64,000 nucleotides of DNA from an uncultured bacterium (GTDB lineage: Bacteria > Babelota > Babeliae > Babelales > Vermiphilaceae). Every line of letters starts with the position of its first letter. Within the stretch, counting starts at the first letter, position 1. The notes below the pieces were generated by a model. It did no database searches. It was not told the origin of the DNA and saw nothing but the letters and a program-made list of their open reading frames with translations. Below are positions 32,701-41,829 of the stretch, one piece after another. The position numbers and the translations under genes are program-made. The stretch covers positions 640,001 through 704,000 of the forward strand of contig OY968764.1 of NCBI GenBank assembly GCA_963695335.1. The letters are read 5' to 3'.

Positions 32701-34072
32701 TAAATCTGGTGCTACATTAAACTTAACTTCATTTACTGATCCTTCTGAAATTGTTGCAATTGGTGGTGAGCTTACTCTTGCCGTTGAACCTGGTGCGCAA
32801 ATTGTTACAGGTTCCGGAACATTGCGTTTTGCTGATAATGCACGCTTGTTATTTATTCCAGCAAATAATGCTGAAGCATTCTTTAATGCAATTCCATTTG
32901 GTGCGCAAGATTCAACGTTACCAGTTACGATTGTTCCTGCAGCTGATCCTCATAATCCACTTTCTTCATTGATCAATTTTGGTCAAGGTCTTCATAACAC
33001 TGATCAGTTCCGTGTGAAATTAATTGGTAGCGGTACAATTGAATTGGTAGACAATGCACAAGGCATATTGCCATTCAATGCATTTGTTGGTGTTGAAACA
33101 ATAAGCAATGATCTGTGTGAAATTCCAACAACTGATCTTATTTTAAGTCTTGCTGATAATGGTACATTTGCAATAGGTCATTACAATTATAATGAAGGCG
33201 GTGTGTTGCAAATTGGTAACATTGATCCAATAGAAGGTCATTCAGTTAACTTCACACTCCTTCTTGATGGTGATAATGCTAACTTTAGTATTGGTAGCCG
33301 TGGATTCCTTGGTCTTGGTGTTGGTATTGAACGCTTTGATGGTCAGGTACAACTGTTACGTGCTCGTAATTGCCCAACAAACTTTGTACCAAACGTAAAC
33401 ATTGTTAATAATCTGAGTAATGTTGATCTGATTACGCTTCAAATGTTCAATGGTAGATTTGAACATGATCGTATCTTCTCTGGTGATGATATGAATGCAT
33501 CATTGCTTGCAGTAAGTAGTACTGCTACATTTGCGCTTGATTTTGAATTGCCAGATGAAAACGTTGATCCTACATTAAGCAGTCAATCCAACTTCAATAT
33601 GGCTGGCGGTGCTAATATTGTACTTGTTCAACCAGGACCAGTTGGTGGATTGCAGCCTATTGTATTAGATCAAGCTGGCGCTCTTTCTTTACTGTTAAGT
33701 GCGGGTGTTATGGCTTCAACGTTGTTACAACCGGATAATGTTGATGTTTCAGATCTTACTGGTACAGAATTCTTTAATTATATTGCTACGCAAGATGCAA
33801 GTAATGCTATGACAACTCGTGATAATACATTTGGTAGAGCAAATGCTGCAGCGCAAGGTGATAGCTTCCGACCTGAATCAGAAAACATTCGTGTTGATAC
33901 AGTAAGTGGTGATACGATTATTCGTTCTCAAGTATTTGATGTTGTTGGTATTGGTCAGGAAGATTCTAAGAATCGTGCAGCAATTGATGCAGCAGCGGTG
34001 TTTGCAGATATTAATATTGCAGCAAATCAAATAGTATCAGTTACAGTTATAGAAGAAGGTTTACAGATATAA
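29717..34072 (+). CDS. Very large secreted Cys-rich, beta-strand-rich protein
   Basis: 1451 aa ORF with signal peptide; DEYCC/CDEY cluster; no recognised family. Confidence 0.75.
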   Translation: MKRCFSRYRLALFAMSLISSVTMADQIWRGQFGKTCVVDEDLVIKGDVLLPLGGSRIEAIHKDVTITLTEDSVVRGHWAGASQLYLIAAEGRKITFVLDHNLTFVGSSHITAADLLMVQSGPGTVEVAIAEGKTFELTAQDRSGGVQYYVLMYGGANAQIDEYCCDEYGLKPCDEYVCDSLFCNPDEYCEEYTTPGTGCNENSLFRPTLNFVNLELFPFSCNRDRSVVVGCRSILSFLSSRKVGIGQDAGYINFNPVMTGLGRMILEIQDTGAFIVSGRYTCQRNGECITLDNIRPALAAGYQAYWTVTNDMGADAASGLLVLDKNETLSELLVDPFLNLHARQDITNYRGLFCGQRYGLILGANGILNVGDQAYVDFVGLALNQLPCVVLPGATCASLNSMLKPRNPSAFIIDGNLNPAATEAQIIFGDSAALFLRSGIADNGFIRDENDVDPFTIDPEFRTAGFGNIVFDLEGQLNVNGVLVDGEMTSKIELLSLEVLPTGGSLFVGSDETNFPFRTFNTEDNAFLMYNCGAFLINNRMNLYDTVLSHSDECHNVYPNNDLRSEPTYIGGETFKLLHSDERPNIRFINAELDVHSNIALTGLDLVVPNFVDDFGILHANLSNFTFFSNGACVDNGTGRQMILGTRIGSTAANGCTRIDADAHLNIMEQDNAIASDLDPEDPNGNQTLDLLSAFNDATIVPNAETNVNSIHTIFLGGTSNISIGVNADSTGFNIDTNPWLRIAGNVFSFEARGGAATVARSVITGKNAIFVDLNGEISIELGFIADMDVMVIKSHNGIVDLPANQVFFTKGAAVATWNVDLRNPEDQIIIGPDQELPTYVFNWMRAKKDCPNFVPFSCCSNACMCASVTDANITGLPTIQGTINDLQIQGTRIGDPAQFLIDGGNVDQLTFSSSNCSGEVPVATIVLQNNGMVSLDSTTTLGVNGVVIIANGSGQVNVTSDLVIDNTCAFVKGPDFASCDVLELYSAVPRQILLKSGATLNLTSFTDPSEIVAIGGELTLAVEPGAQIVTGSGTLRFADNARLLFIPANNAEAFFNAIPFGAQDSTLPVTIVPAADPHNPLSSLINFGQGLHNTDQFRVKLIGSGTIELVDNAQGILPFNAFVGVETISNDLCEIPTTDLILSLADNGTFAIGHYNYNEGGVLQIGNIDPIEGHSVNFTLLLDGDNANFSIGSRGFLGLGVGIERFDGQVQLLRARNCPTNFVPNVNIVNNLSNVDLITLQMFNGRFEHDRIFSGDDMNASLLAVSSTATFALDFELPDENVDPTLSSQSNFNMAGGANIVLVQPGPVGGLQPIVLDQAGALSLLLSAGVMASTLLQPDNVDVSDLTGTEFFNYIATQDASNAMTTRDNTFGRANAAAQGDSFRPESENIRVDTVSGDTIIRSQVFDVVGIGQEDSKNRAAIDAAAVFADINIAANQIVSVTVIEEGLQI

Positions 34073-34078
34073 TTGAAT

Positions 34079-34112
34079 ACAGATGGGTATGTAAAAGTAC
34101 CCATCTGTTTCT
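34079..34112 (+). terminator. Intra-operon hairpin (terminator or processing site)
   Basis: acagatgggta/tacccatctgt. Confidence 0.6.
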
Positions 34113-34163
34113 TCCGTTAAAAAAAGGTAGCGAGGTATGGACGTAATAAAGAAAAGGAATGTA

Positions 34164-36017
34164 ATGAAGAAAACCTTAAAAAGTATTGTGCTTTTAGGCG
34201 CATTATATGGTGGATCACTTCATGCAAGTTTTGAATTTAGATCTCCGTTAGATTTTGATGCTCGTGGGTATCAACATTGGTTTTTAGCACCAGCTGATCA
34301 AGCATGGTGGTATGGCCAAATGCCAAGTGAGAAAACGAATACTGATTGGAACATTCACATGTGGGGTGTGGGATATTCCCGTACAGCTGATAGAGCATTC
34401 TCTTCATGTGGTTGCGAAGATAAAGTAACTCGTAACACAACAACACTCTCAGAACTGTTTTTTGGTAAAGCAGTATTCCGCGGGGAAAATGCATTCACCA
34501 ATGGAACATTTGCAGGAAATCAGGGAAATGCTGATGTTCTTGCTAATCAAGTTTTAGTAAATGCGGTAAACCCATTCTTAGCTTTTGCGAGTATTGCACC
34601 GGTATTTGATTACAATGAAAAAGGTGCGAATATGGGTATCGATTTTGCACGGTATGTAGGCAATAATGATAGATTCCATATTGGTGGCCGTATTAATGTT
34701 CCGTTTAAAGTAATTGAAATTCAACCAGACAGTGATGCTACCTTTGAAGAAACACTTGATAATGTATTTGTCACAAGAATAGTTGATCTTAATGATGGAA
34801 CATTTTCACCGAGTCAAGTTGAATATGCAATGCGATTTGATTTTTTAAGTACATTAGTTTTTCAACAAAATGCTTTGCCATCTGGTAATACAGAGGCACG
34901 TCCTGTTGTAGTATACAGTAATGATTCCGCAGGAAACGCTATTATACAGCTTGCTGGTCAATCATTAACTGGTACAAGTGCTGATCAAAATAACACAATG
35001 CCAGCTGCATATGCTACTATAAGAAAAGATGGAACGGTTCCAGCTGTTCCATTCAGAAAAGCACCAAACCAAGTGACTGGTTCTGTTGGGCCTGATGGTG
35101 AAGGTGCTAATAATGATGTGTTATTCTTTAAAACTAATGTTGACTATGCAGGACAGTTACAAAAAGATAGATGTGCGCAAAGCACTATTTTTATAACACC
35201 ACGTTCAGATGTTAATACCGGTGTCATTACAGCTTCTTCAAATGCTATTTTGACAACTATCCAAACATTGCTTGGTACAGATCTTATTCCTTCAGAACCA
35301 GCATCTGCTTTCTTTTTAGAAAATGGAATAGATTTGACGGGTTACAGCCGTGTTGTTGGTGTTGGTGATTTAGCTGCAGAAGTGTATGGCGGTATCTGTA
35401 ATTATGATAATTGGTTTGCTGATGGTATCTTTGGTCTTCAAGTTCCAACAGCAAAAAGACAAGAAAATCCTAATCAAGTTTTCTATAAACCAACAGGTAA
35501 CAATGGCCACGCTGTTGTTAAAGTTGGTTTAGATGGTGGCTGGAAACCACGTCCATGGTTTGCATTTGAAATTCGTCCATTCTACTTCCATGCGTTTAGA
35601 GCAAGAGAACATCGCGCAGCTCCATTTGCGGGCGCAACAATTGTTAACGTTGGACCAGAATTTGATGTTAATGTTGCTTGGAATTATTTCACACTACAAA
35701 CAGATTTCAACTTCTTCCATCCACATAATCCTGATCTTGGTTTTGTGCTTGGCTATGAGTTGTTTGCTAAAGGACACGATAATGTATCAGTTGATTGTTG
35801 TCCTGCAACAGCAACGGATTTATTAGGTCGTCCAAATCAACCAATCGATGTGTCTAATTATGAAAGACATACAAATTCACTTTCTAACAAGTTACGTGGT
35901 GAAGTATTCTACCGTGCACATTATTTTGAAATCTTTGGTGGTGGATCGCAAATGGTTTCTGGTAGAAACATTATGAAAGAAACTGAAGCTCATATTGGTT
36001 TAGCAATATACTTCTAA
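34164..36017 (+). CDS. Secreted probable outer-membrane barrel protein
   Basis: Signal peptide; C-terminal HIGLAIYF; shares P.GNNGH motif with 10173-11696. Confidence 0.65.
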   Translation: MKKTLKSIVLLGALYGGSLHASFEFRSPLDFDARGYQHWFLAPADQAWWYGQMPSEKTNTDWNIHMWGVGYSRTADRAFSSCGCEDKVTRNTTTLSELFFGKAVFRGENAFTNGTFAGNQGNADVLANQVLVNAVNPFLAFASIAPVFDYNEKGANMGIDFARYVGNNDRFHIGGRINVPFKVIEIQPDSDATFEETLDNVFVTRIVDLNDGTFSPSQVEYAMRFDFLSTLVFQQNALPSGNTEARPVVVYSNDSAGNAIIQLAGQSLTGTSADQNNTMPAAYATIRKDGTVPAVPFRKAPNQVTGSVGPDGEGANNDVLFFKTNVDYAGQLQKDRCAQSTIFITPRSDVNTGVITASSNAILTTIQTLLGTDLIPSEPASAFFLENGIDLTGYSRVVGVGDLAAEVYGGICNYDNWFADGIFGLQVPTAKRQENPNQVFYKPTGNNGHAVVKVGLDGGWKPRPWFAFEIRPFYFHAFRAREHRAAPFAGATIVNVGPEFDVNVAWNYFTLQTDFNFFHPHNPDLGFVLGYELFAKGHDNVSVDCCPATATDLLGRPNQPIDVSNYERHTNSLSNKLRGEVFYRAHYFEIFGGGSQMVSGRNIMKETEAHIGLAIYF

Positions 36018-36038
36018 AAGTTATTTTTGAAAAAGGTA

Positions 36039-36650
36039 ATGAATATGAATTCAATAATTACTCGATATAAAAAAACAGCGGTGTTAGCAGCGTTTGTTGC
36101 TGCAATAAGCATAAGCTCAGTTATATCTGCTGGATGTGGTGCTTGTGCAGCAGCAGCAGTGATTAGACAATCAATTAAAGATGCTCAAGCGGCAGCGCTT
36201 AACAGTGGAAAAAAAGCATTAGAAGATGAATTAGATGATCTTGATGGAGAAGAAGCAGCAGATCGTGCAGCACGTGAAGCGTTAGTTGATCCATGCGATC
36301 CTTTTGCATCATGCAATGGATGTGAAGGTGGATGTAGTTTAAATTGTAAACTACAAACATTGTTCAACTGTTGTGTTGCTACAAATAAAGAAGTGCGTCG
36401 TCAAGGTCATGAAGCAAACAAATGTTGCAAAAGAGTACGTCATGAACTGAATGAAATTGAAGATCAAATTTCTGTTCTTGATAGCGTGATTGTAAGCCAA
36501 GGCGATGCAGCTGCAACATGTTGTTCTGTTACATCAGCACAGATAAATACATTAAGCATTTCAGTTGCTGATCAAATCAGTGCACTTAATCTTTCTATTG
36601 CTGACGTTCTTGCTTTAGTGACACTTGTATTTAATTGTACATGTACGTAA
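36039..36650 (+). CDS. Small secreted cysteine-rich protein
   Basis: Signal peptide; CGAC, CDPFASCNGCEGGCSLNC, CC pairs, C-terminal CTCT. Confidence 0.7.
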   Translation: MNMNSIITRYKKTAVLAAFVAAISISSVISAGCGACAAAAVIRQSIKDAQAAALNSGKKALEDELDDLDGEEAADRAAREALVDPCDPFASCNGCEGGCSLNCKLQTLFNCCVATNKEVRRQGHEANKCCKRVRHELNEIEDQISVLDSVIVSQGDAAATCCSVTSAQINTLSISVADQISALNLSIADVLALVTLVFNCTCT

Positions 36651-36692
36651 TAGAAGATTAATAATATAAGTTATTATATTATCGATTTTAAA

Positions 36693-36737
36693 AGAGTGGG
36701 ATATGGCCTAAAAAGCCGTATCCCACTCGTGTTTTTT
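36693..36737 (+). terminator. Intrinsic terminator
   Basis: gagtgggatatggc/gccgtatcccactc hairpin plus T run. Confidence 0.8.
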
Positions 36738-36801
36738 GACAATACCCTCTGCTGCGCGTACCCTGTTATCATAGGGGTATTTTTATGAGGGGATTTTTTT
36801 T

Positions 36802-37860
36802 ATGTATAATTATATCGTTAAGTTGTATTTTTTCGCGCTCGTCCTGAACTTGTTGAAGGATTTCTTCGAGCGCTCAAAGATATCCTTCGACAGGCTCAGG
36901 ACGAGCGCAGGAAAGAAAGTTTTTCTTGCAATGATTGTTGGAATGTATTGTGTGCAAAGCGTGCGTCCAATGGAGCCTGAAAAGTGGAATGGTGATACAA
37001 AAAATGATGTTGCAATAGAGATGTATCATTTTTGGTCCAATGATTATAATCAAAATATCAATAATATAAAGAATGTTGATTTAAAAGAAATTCGGTCAAC
37101 TTTAAATAAAGAAGATTTTTTATCCAGTTCTGATGATACATTAAAGCATCTCTTGTATCTTTCTACGATACGTAAAAATGACGATAAAACGCTTTTTACG
37201 CAAAAACAACAGAATAAGTTTGATGCAGCTTTTAAAACAAAACAATCTGTTCCTATGTGGTTTGGTATTAACGGAGCAGTTATTGTTGGTACATCACTTT
37301 TGCCATGTATTAATTTTACTGGTTTATTACAATGTTCAAATGCAACATTAGTTGGGTGTTTATCTCAACTTGTTACTATCACAACGCCAACAGTAGCTTC
37401 TGTGGCAGGAGCTCTTACTGTGGGGTTTGTGTCTTTATATGCTACGGGACTTTCGCCTGATTATTCTTCTCGTAAAGCAAATAAAGTGCAAGATGAAATA
37501 GGTCATTTGCGTACAAATTATGCAACAATAGCCAAATATTGGATTGATATTTATTTTAAATATCCAGAAAAAGCCCAGTACATTGCTCAAAAAATTGATA
37601 TTGAAGCGTTGAGAACAAGGGCGCAATTAAAAACGCATAAAAAGAGAAGTGGCAGCTCTTTGGTGACTCCTCTTGAAGAAGCATGGCATTTTATTACGCA
37701 TAAGACTGTTCTGATAACATTTACGGAAATTGAAAATTACCTTTATAATAAGATGCATAGCCAAGATATCGATCTTTTTAAGAGACGAATTGAATCCCTT
37801 GAAAGCATTATTTATCAACAAAATGCAGAAATACAAAAATTGAAACAAGAAAAAATATGA
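36802..37860 (+). CDS. Hypothetical exported/membrane protein with in-frame palindromic repeat near the N-terminus
   Basis: GAGGGG RBS before ATG 36802; two TM segments; coiled C-terminus. Confidence 0.65.
   Translation: MYNYIVKLYFFALVLNLLKDFFERSKISFDRLRTSAGKKVFLAMIVGMYCVQSVRPMEPEKWNGDTKNDVAIEMYHFWSNDYNQNINNIKNVDLKEIRSTLNKEDFLSSSDDTLKHLLYLSTIRKNDDKTLFTQKQQNKFDAAFKTKQSVPMWFGINGAVIVGTSLLPCINFTGLLQCSNATLVGCLSQLVTITTPTVASVAGALTVGFVSLYATGLSPDYSSRKANKVQDEIGHLRTNYATIAKYWIDIYFKYPEKAQYIAQKIDIEALRTRAQLKTHKKRSGSSLVTPLEEAWHFITHKTVLITFTEIENYLYNKMHSQDIDLFKRRIESLESIIYQQNAEIQKLKQEKI
36835..36908. repeat. Palindromic repeat, family A (compact 74-bp form); contains two empty IS110 target sites
   Basis: gcgctcgtcctgaacttgttgaagga...tccttcgacaggctcaggacgagcgc. 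Confidence 0.9.
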
Positions 37861-39782
37861 AAAAAAATAGTTTTTACGTCACTACTCCCATCTATTATGT
37901 CACAGCCAAACCTCATTTGGGATCATTGTATACCACATTACTTGCCGATGTTATTGCCCGTTGGAATAAACTGCTGGGCAATGACACATTTTTTTTAACA
38001 GGTACTGATGAGCATGGGCAAAAGATAGCACAAGCTGCAGCCGCCGCAGGAAAACAACCAAAAGAGTTTGTGGATAGTTTTATTCCTGATTATAAACATG
38101 CATGGCAGATGTATGACATTCAGTACGATAAATTTATTCGTACAACGGATCCAGATCATGTTAAAGGTGCACAAAAATTTACCACTGAGTTGATGGAAAA
38201 GGGGTATGTGTATAAATCTGTTTATGAAGGTTGGTATTGCACATCATGCGAAACATTTGTAGAAGAAATTCATGCAGGTGATCAACGGCTTAAAGGACCA
38301 CAATGCCCAACGTGCGGCAGAGATACGCATATTGTTTCTGAAGAAACATATTTTTTTAAACTGTCTGCGTTTACTGATAAACTTTTGACGTTTTATAAAG
38401 AAAATCCTGATTTTATTGTTCCCAAAGAACGCGCGAATGAAGTGATCAATTTTGTTGCATCAGGATTAAAAGATTTGAGTATTTCCCGAACAACGGTTAA
38501 GTGGGGTATACCATTCCCGAATGATCCTCATCACACATTGTATGTCTGGGTGGATGCATTATCAAATTATATTACCGGTGTTGGGTATGGACAGCCAGAT
38601 AAAATAGATGAGTTTCATAAACGTTGGCCAGCAAATGTGCATCTTCTTGGAAAAGATATTGTACGGTTTCACGCAGTGTTTTGGCCAGCATTTTTGATGG
38701 CTGCAGATTTACCTCTACCAAAACAATTATTAGTCCATGGTTGGATTAAAGTTGATAAACAAAAGATGTCAAAATCTCTTGGCAATGTTGTTGATCCTGT
38801 TGAATTACAAAAAAAATATGGGACCGATCCAATTCGTTATTATTTATTGCGTCAGATTCCGATAAACCAAGATGGTGATTTTAGTATTACTGATGTTGAA
38901 AATCGTATAGAATCTGATCTTGCTAATGATTTGGGTAATTTATTAAATCGTATGTTGGTGCTTGCTGAGAAGTATGATTTGTTTGATGTTGCACCGTGTA
39001 CAGTGTGGTCACCTGCATCATTGGATTTGCGTGATGCAAGTTGGAATGCGATTGAAGATTTTACTGCGCATATGAATGAGTATATGTTTCATCATGCATT
39101 ATCAAGTTTGTGGAAATTTATCAGTAGTACGAATGCGTATTTCCATGGGCAGGAGCCTTGGAAAGTTGCTAAGATTGATCAACAGTTGTTTGCAGAAATT
39201 ATTTCAGCTACGTGTCACAGTTTGCGTACCATTGCACTGTTATTGTGGCCAGTAATGCCACAAAAAATGGAAGAACTTTTACATAGTATTGGTGTTGAAT
39301 TTAAGTTAGAAAATCATACGCTTGAAAATTTAGAACTAAATAGTTGGAATAAACATTTTATGTTGAAGAAATCACCCACTTTGTTTGAGAAGCCTATTAA
39401 AGAAATTGAAGAGGAAAAAATGTCACAAGAAGTTGTACAACAAGAAGAGAAATCATACATCACAATCGATGATGTTGTTAAAGTTGAATTGTTAACCGGA
39501 ACTATTGAAGCGTGCACTGATGTTGCAGGTTCAGATAAGTTGGTGCAAATGACGGTTGATTTGGGAGTGCATGGTAAACGTACTATTTTAGCAGGAATTA
39601 AAAAAGATCATGCGCCATCAGAATTGGTTGGCAGACGTGGACTGTTTATTACCAATTTAAAGCCACGCAAAATGGCTGGAACAGAATCACAAGGTATGAT
39701 GCTTGTTGCAGAAGATGCAGATGGCAAAGTGCAGCTTGTGCAATTCCCTGACAGTGTTGGTAACGGTGTGAGATTGAGATAG
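37857..39782 (+). CDS. metG: Methionine--tRNA ligase with C-terminal tRNA-binding domain
   Basis: YVTTPIYY...PHLG, TGTDEHGQK, KMSKS, NLKPRKMAG.ESQGM. Confidence 0.97.
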   Translation: MKKNSFYVTTPIYYVTAKPHLGSLYTTLLADVIARWNKLLGNDTFFLTGTDEHGQKIAQAAAAAGKQPKEFVDSFIPDYKHAWQMYDIQYDKFIRTTDPDHVKGAQKFTTELMEKGYVYKSVYEGWYCTSCETFVEEIHAGDQRLKGPQCPTCGRDTHIVSEETYFFKLSAFTDKLLTFYKENPDFIVPKERANEVINFVASGLKDLSISRTTVKWGIPFPNDPHHTLYVWVDALSNYITGVGYGQPDKIDEFHKRWPANVHLLGKDIVRFHAVFWPAFLMAADLPLPKQLLVHGWIKVDKQKMSKSLGNVVDPVELQKKYGTDPIRYYLLRQIPINQDGDFSITDVENRIESDLANDLGNLLNRMLVLAEKYDLFDVAPCTVWSPASLDLRDASWNAIEDFTAHMNEYMFHHALSSLWKFISSTNAYFHGQEPWKVAKIDQQLFAEIISATCHSLRTIALLLWPVMPQKMEELLHSIGVEFKLENHTLENLELNSWNKHFMLKKSPTLFEKPIKEIEEEKMSQEVVQQEEKSYITIDDVVKVELLTGTIEACTDVAGSDKLVQMTVDLGVHGKRTILAGIKKDHAPSELVGRRGLFITNLKPRKMAGTESQGMMLVAEDADGKVQLVQFPDSVGNGVRLR

Positions 39783-39815
39783 TCAACTACATAATAAAAA
39801 TAAGATTCTTTTTCT

Positions 39816-39999
39816 GCGCTCATCAGCTTCTCCCATCTTCGATTTTTCTTGATGGGGACCCCGATTCAACCCCATTTCCATTATATTCCAATGGGGACCC
39901 CAATTCAGCCCCATTTCCATTTCTTCCAATGGGGACCCCAATTGGAGTAAGACGTAAATTGGGGATAAAAATTGGAGCTAAAGGATATCTTCGAGCGCT
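39816..39999. repeat. Composite repeat: three GGGGACCCC-centred units (family C) with a family A remnant
   Basis: GGGGACCCC at 39854, 39893, 39931; aaggatatcttcgagcgct at 39981-39999. Confidence 0.8.
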
Positions 40000-40012
40000 T
40001 TTGGTAAAATTC

Positions 40013-41080
40013 ATGAAAAATATAAACATCATTTTTTTGTTACTTATCAGTAATGTAATTATCGGAATGGAAGCTGAACGTAAAAGTTTGGCTTCCTTTT
40101 TTTGTGTTGAGAAATGTGTGCAAAATGAAGACATTTGTACAGTAGTTGCGCAGCAGCATGTGTCCGATCAGAAATGGTGGTATATGGATAAAGAAATTCA
40201 GTATATCAACCAAGGTTGTTTAGATGCATCGTATCAGAAAAAAAACAGTTTTGCTTTTGTGCATTTTAATAAAGCCTGTACAGAAATAATAATTTTTCCC
40301 GGGGGTATTGGGGATTGTTTTATATGTGTGTGTGATAGAAAAAGCGGAAAGGAACGGGAGCGTATTTTTTTTGAAGATTATAATGAGGTCAATTTTTCTT
40401 ACCCTCAAATATGGGCGGATAGACTTTATTCCTCAACTCGTGCTCCTCAGGTCAGTTATAATGAGGGTTTATGGTGTGGTGAGTATTCTTTTTGTGAAGA
40501 ATCTGGAGGATTGAAGGAGGCTCTTGTAGTAGTAAAGCGTGAATATATGTGTGGTCGTGTAACAAATATTAATGAATCCAAAGCTTGTGTGTGGGATAGA
40601 ATAGAAGGAAAGGAATCATTACAGCTTGTGCATGATGGTCCAGTTAATATGGCACATTTTAATCCGCAAGGTATAGAAATAATAACGGCATCAGATGATT
40701 GTACAATGCGTTTATGGCATAGCAAAACAGGGCAAGAGTTGTTGCGTATCGCATATGGTACCTGTGTTCAGTCAGCATGGTTTAATGAGATGGGAACGGA
40801 AATGGTGGTTGCAACCGATGATGGTAACATACAAATTTTTGCGCAGTATAAGACTGATAATTTGCCACAAGTCTTGCTGAAAAAATTATTGCATCTATGG
40901 TTGCAATTGCAAAAGCCAAGTAAAAAAATTGATTCACCTGAAAAATTATTAGATAATGTTGCTCAATTGTTATCGTGTGATAAGAATGAAATGAATATAA
41001 CATGGCAATCGTTTCCAAAACATATGCAGAAAGCGATGTGGTTATCGATGCATAATAAGATTCAGAAATATGGAAAGTAA
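40013..41080 (+). CDS. Secreted WD40 protein (type 1)
   Basis: Signal peptide; HDGPVNMAHFNPQGIEIITASDDCTMRLW; paralog of 42976-44064. Confidence 0.8.
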   Translation: MKNINIIFLLLISNVIIGMEAERKSLASFFCVEKCVQNEDICTVVAQQHVSDQKWWYMDKEIQYINQGCLDASYQKKNSFAFVHFNKACTEIIIFPGGIGDCFICVCDRKSGKERERIFFEDYNEVNFSYPQIWADRLYSSTRAPQVSYNEGLWCGEYSFCEESGGLKEALVVVKREYMCGRVTNINESKACVWDRIEGKESLQLVHDGPVNMAHFNPQGIEIITASDDCTMRLWHSKTGQELLRIAYGTCVQSAWFNEMGTEMVVATDDGNIQIFAQYKTDNLPQVLLKKLLHLWLQLQKPSKKIDSPEKLLDNVAQLLSCDKNEMNITWQSFPKHMQKAMWLSMHNKIQKYGK

Positions 41081-41095
41081 ACATAAAGAGCAATA

Positions 41096-41824
41096 ATGAA
41101 GTATGCATATTTAGTTTTTTTGATGAGTATTAGCAACGGTTTTTTATTTTCTATGGAAATGGACTTTGCATCTAGAGATAAAATATGGCGGGTTGATAGA
41201 GAGATTCAGTGTGAGAAGTTGCCTACTTCTTATCGTGGTCAAGAATATTCATTTAAAGATTGGTTGAGATTTATACATTTTAGTAAAAATGGTACAGAGA
41301 TTATAGGGTGGAATCGTGGATTTCCTCTTTGTCTTGTATGGGATAGAAAGAGTGGAATATTGTTAGCGCGGGTCGAAGATGCCACTGCTAATAATCCTGT
41401 ATTTGACGAACCAAGATGGAAAGATAGATTGCCTGAACCACATTTTCCTAAGGAATATCCTGAAGGGTGGAAGAAAGATTTTAATGATTATGACTTAGAA
41501 GAAGAGTCAGAAACTTTGGTGTTAGCAACTAAGAACAAAGAATACCAAGTTTGTGTGTGGGATAAAAGAGAAAAAAGAGAGACATTGCAGCTTGTGCATG
41601 AGAATAGAGTGAATCAGGCACATTTTAATAGAAAAGGTATAGAAATAATCACAGCATCGCAAGATGGTACAATGCGTTTGTGGCATTCACAGACAGGGCA
41701 AGAGTTGTTGCGTATGAATCATGCCTCAAATGTAACAGATGCAGAATTTAATGAAATGGGAACGGAAATAGTTGTTGCAAGAGAAGATGGTAAGATACAA
41801 ATTTTAGTACAAGAAGTTAAATAA
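41096..41824 (+). CDS. Secreted WD40 protein (short type 2)
   Basis: HENRVNQAHFNRKGIEIITASQDGTMRLW; paralog of 44061-44840. Confidence 0.8.
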   Translation: MKYAYLVFLMSISNGFLFSMEMDFASRDKIWRVDREIQCEKLPTSYRGQEYSFKDWLRFIHFSKNGTEIIGWNRGFPLCLVWDRKSGILLARVEDATANNPVFDEPRWKDRLPEPHFPKEYPEGWKKDFNDYDLEEESETLVLATKNKEYQVCVWDKREKRETLQLVHENRVNQAHFNRKGIEIITASQDGTMRLWHSQTGQELLRMNHASNVTDAEFNEMGTEIVVAREDGKIQILVQEVK

Positions 41825-41829
41825 AATTC

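Noticed and set aside
39854..39964. Three regularly spaced GGGGACCCC repeats resembling a mini CRISPR array
   Set aside because: The intervening sequences are similar to each other, the units belong to dispersed family C, and no cas genes are present
39823..40134. Minus-strand ORF 39823-40134 and the 39929 start of the WD40 ORF
   Set aside because: Both arise from open frames in the repeat cluster; the likely start is 40013
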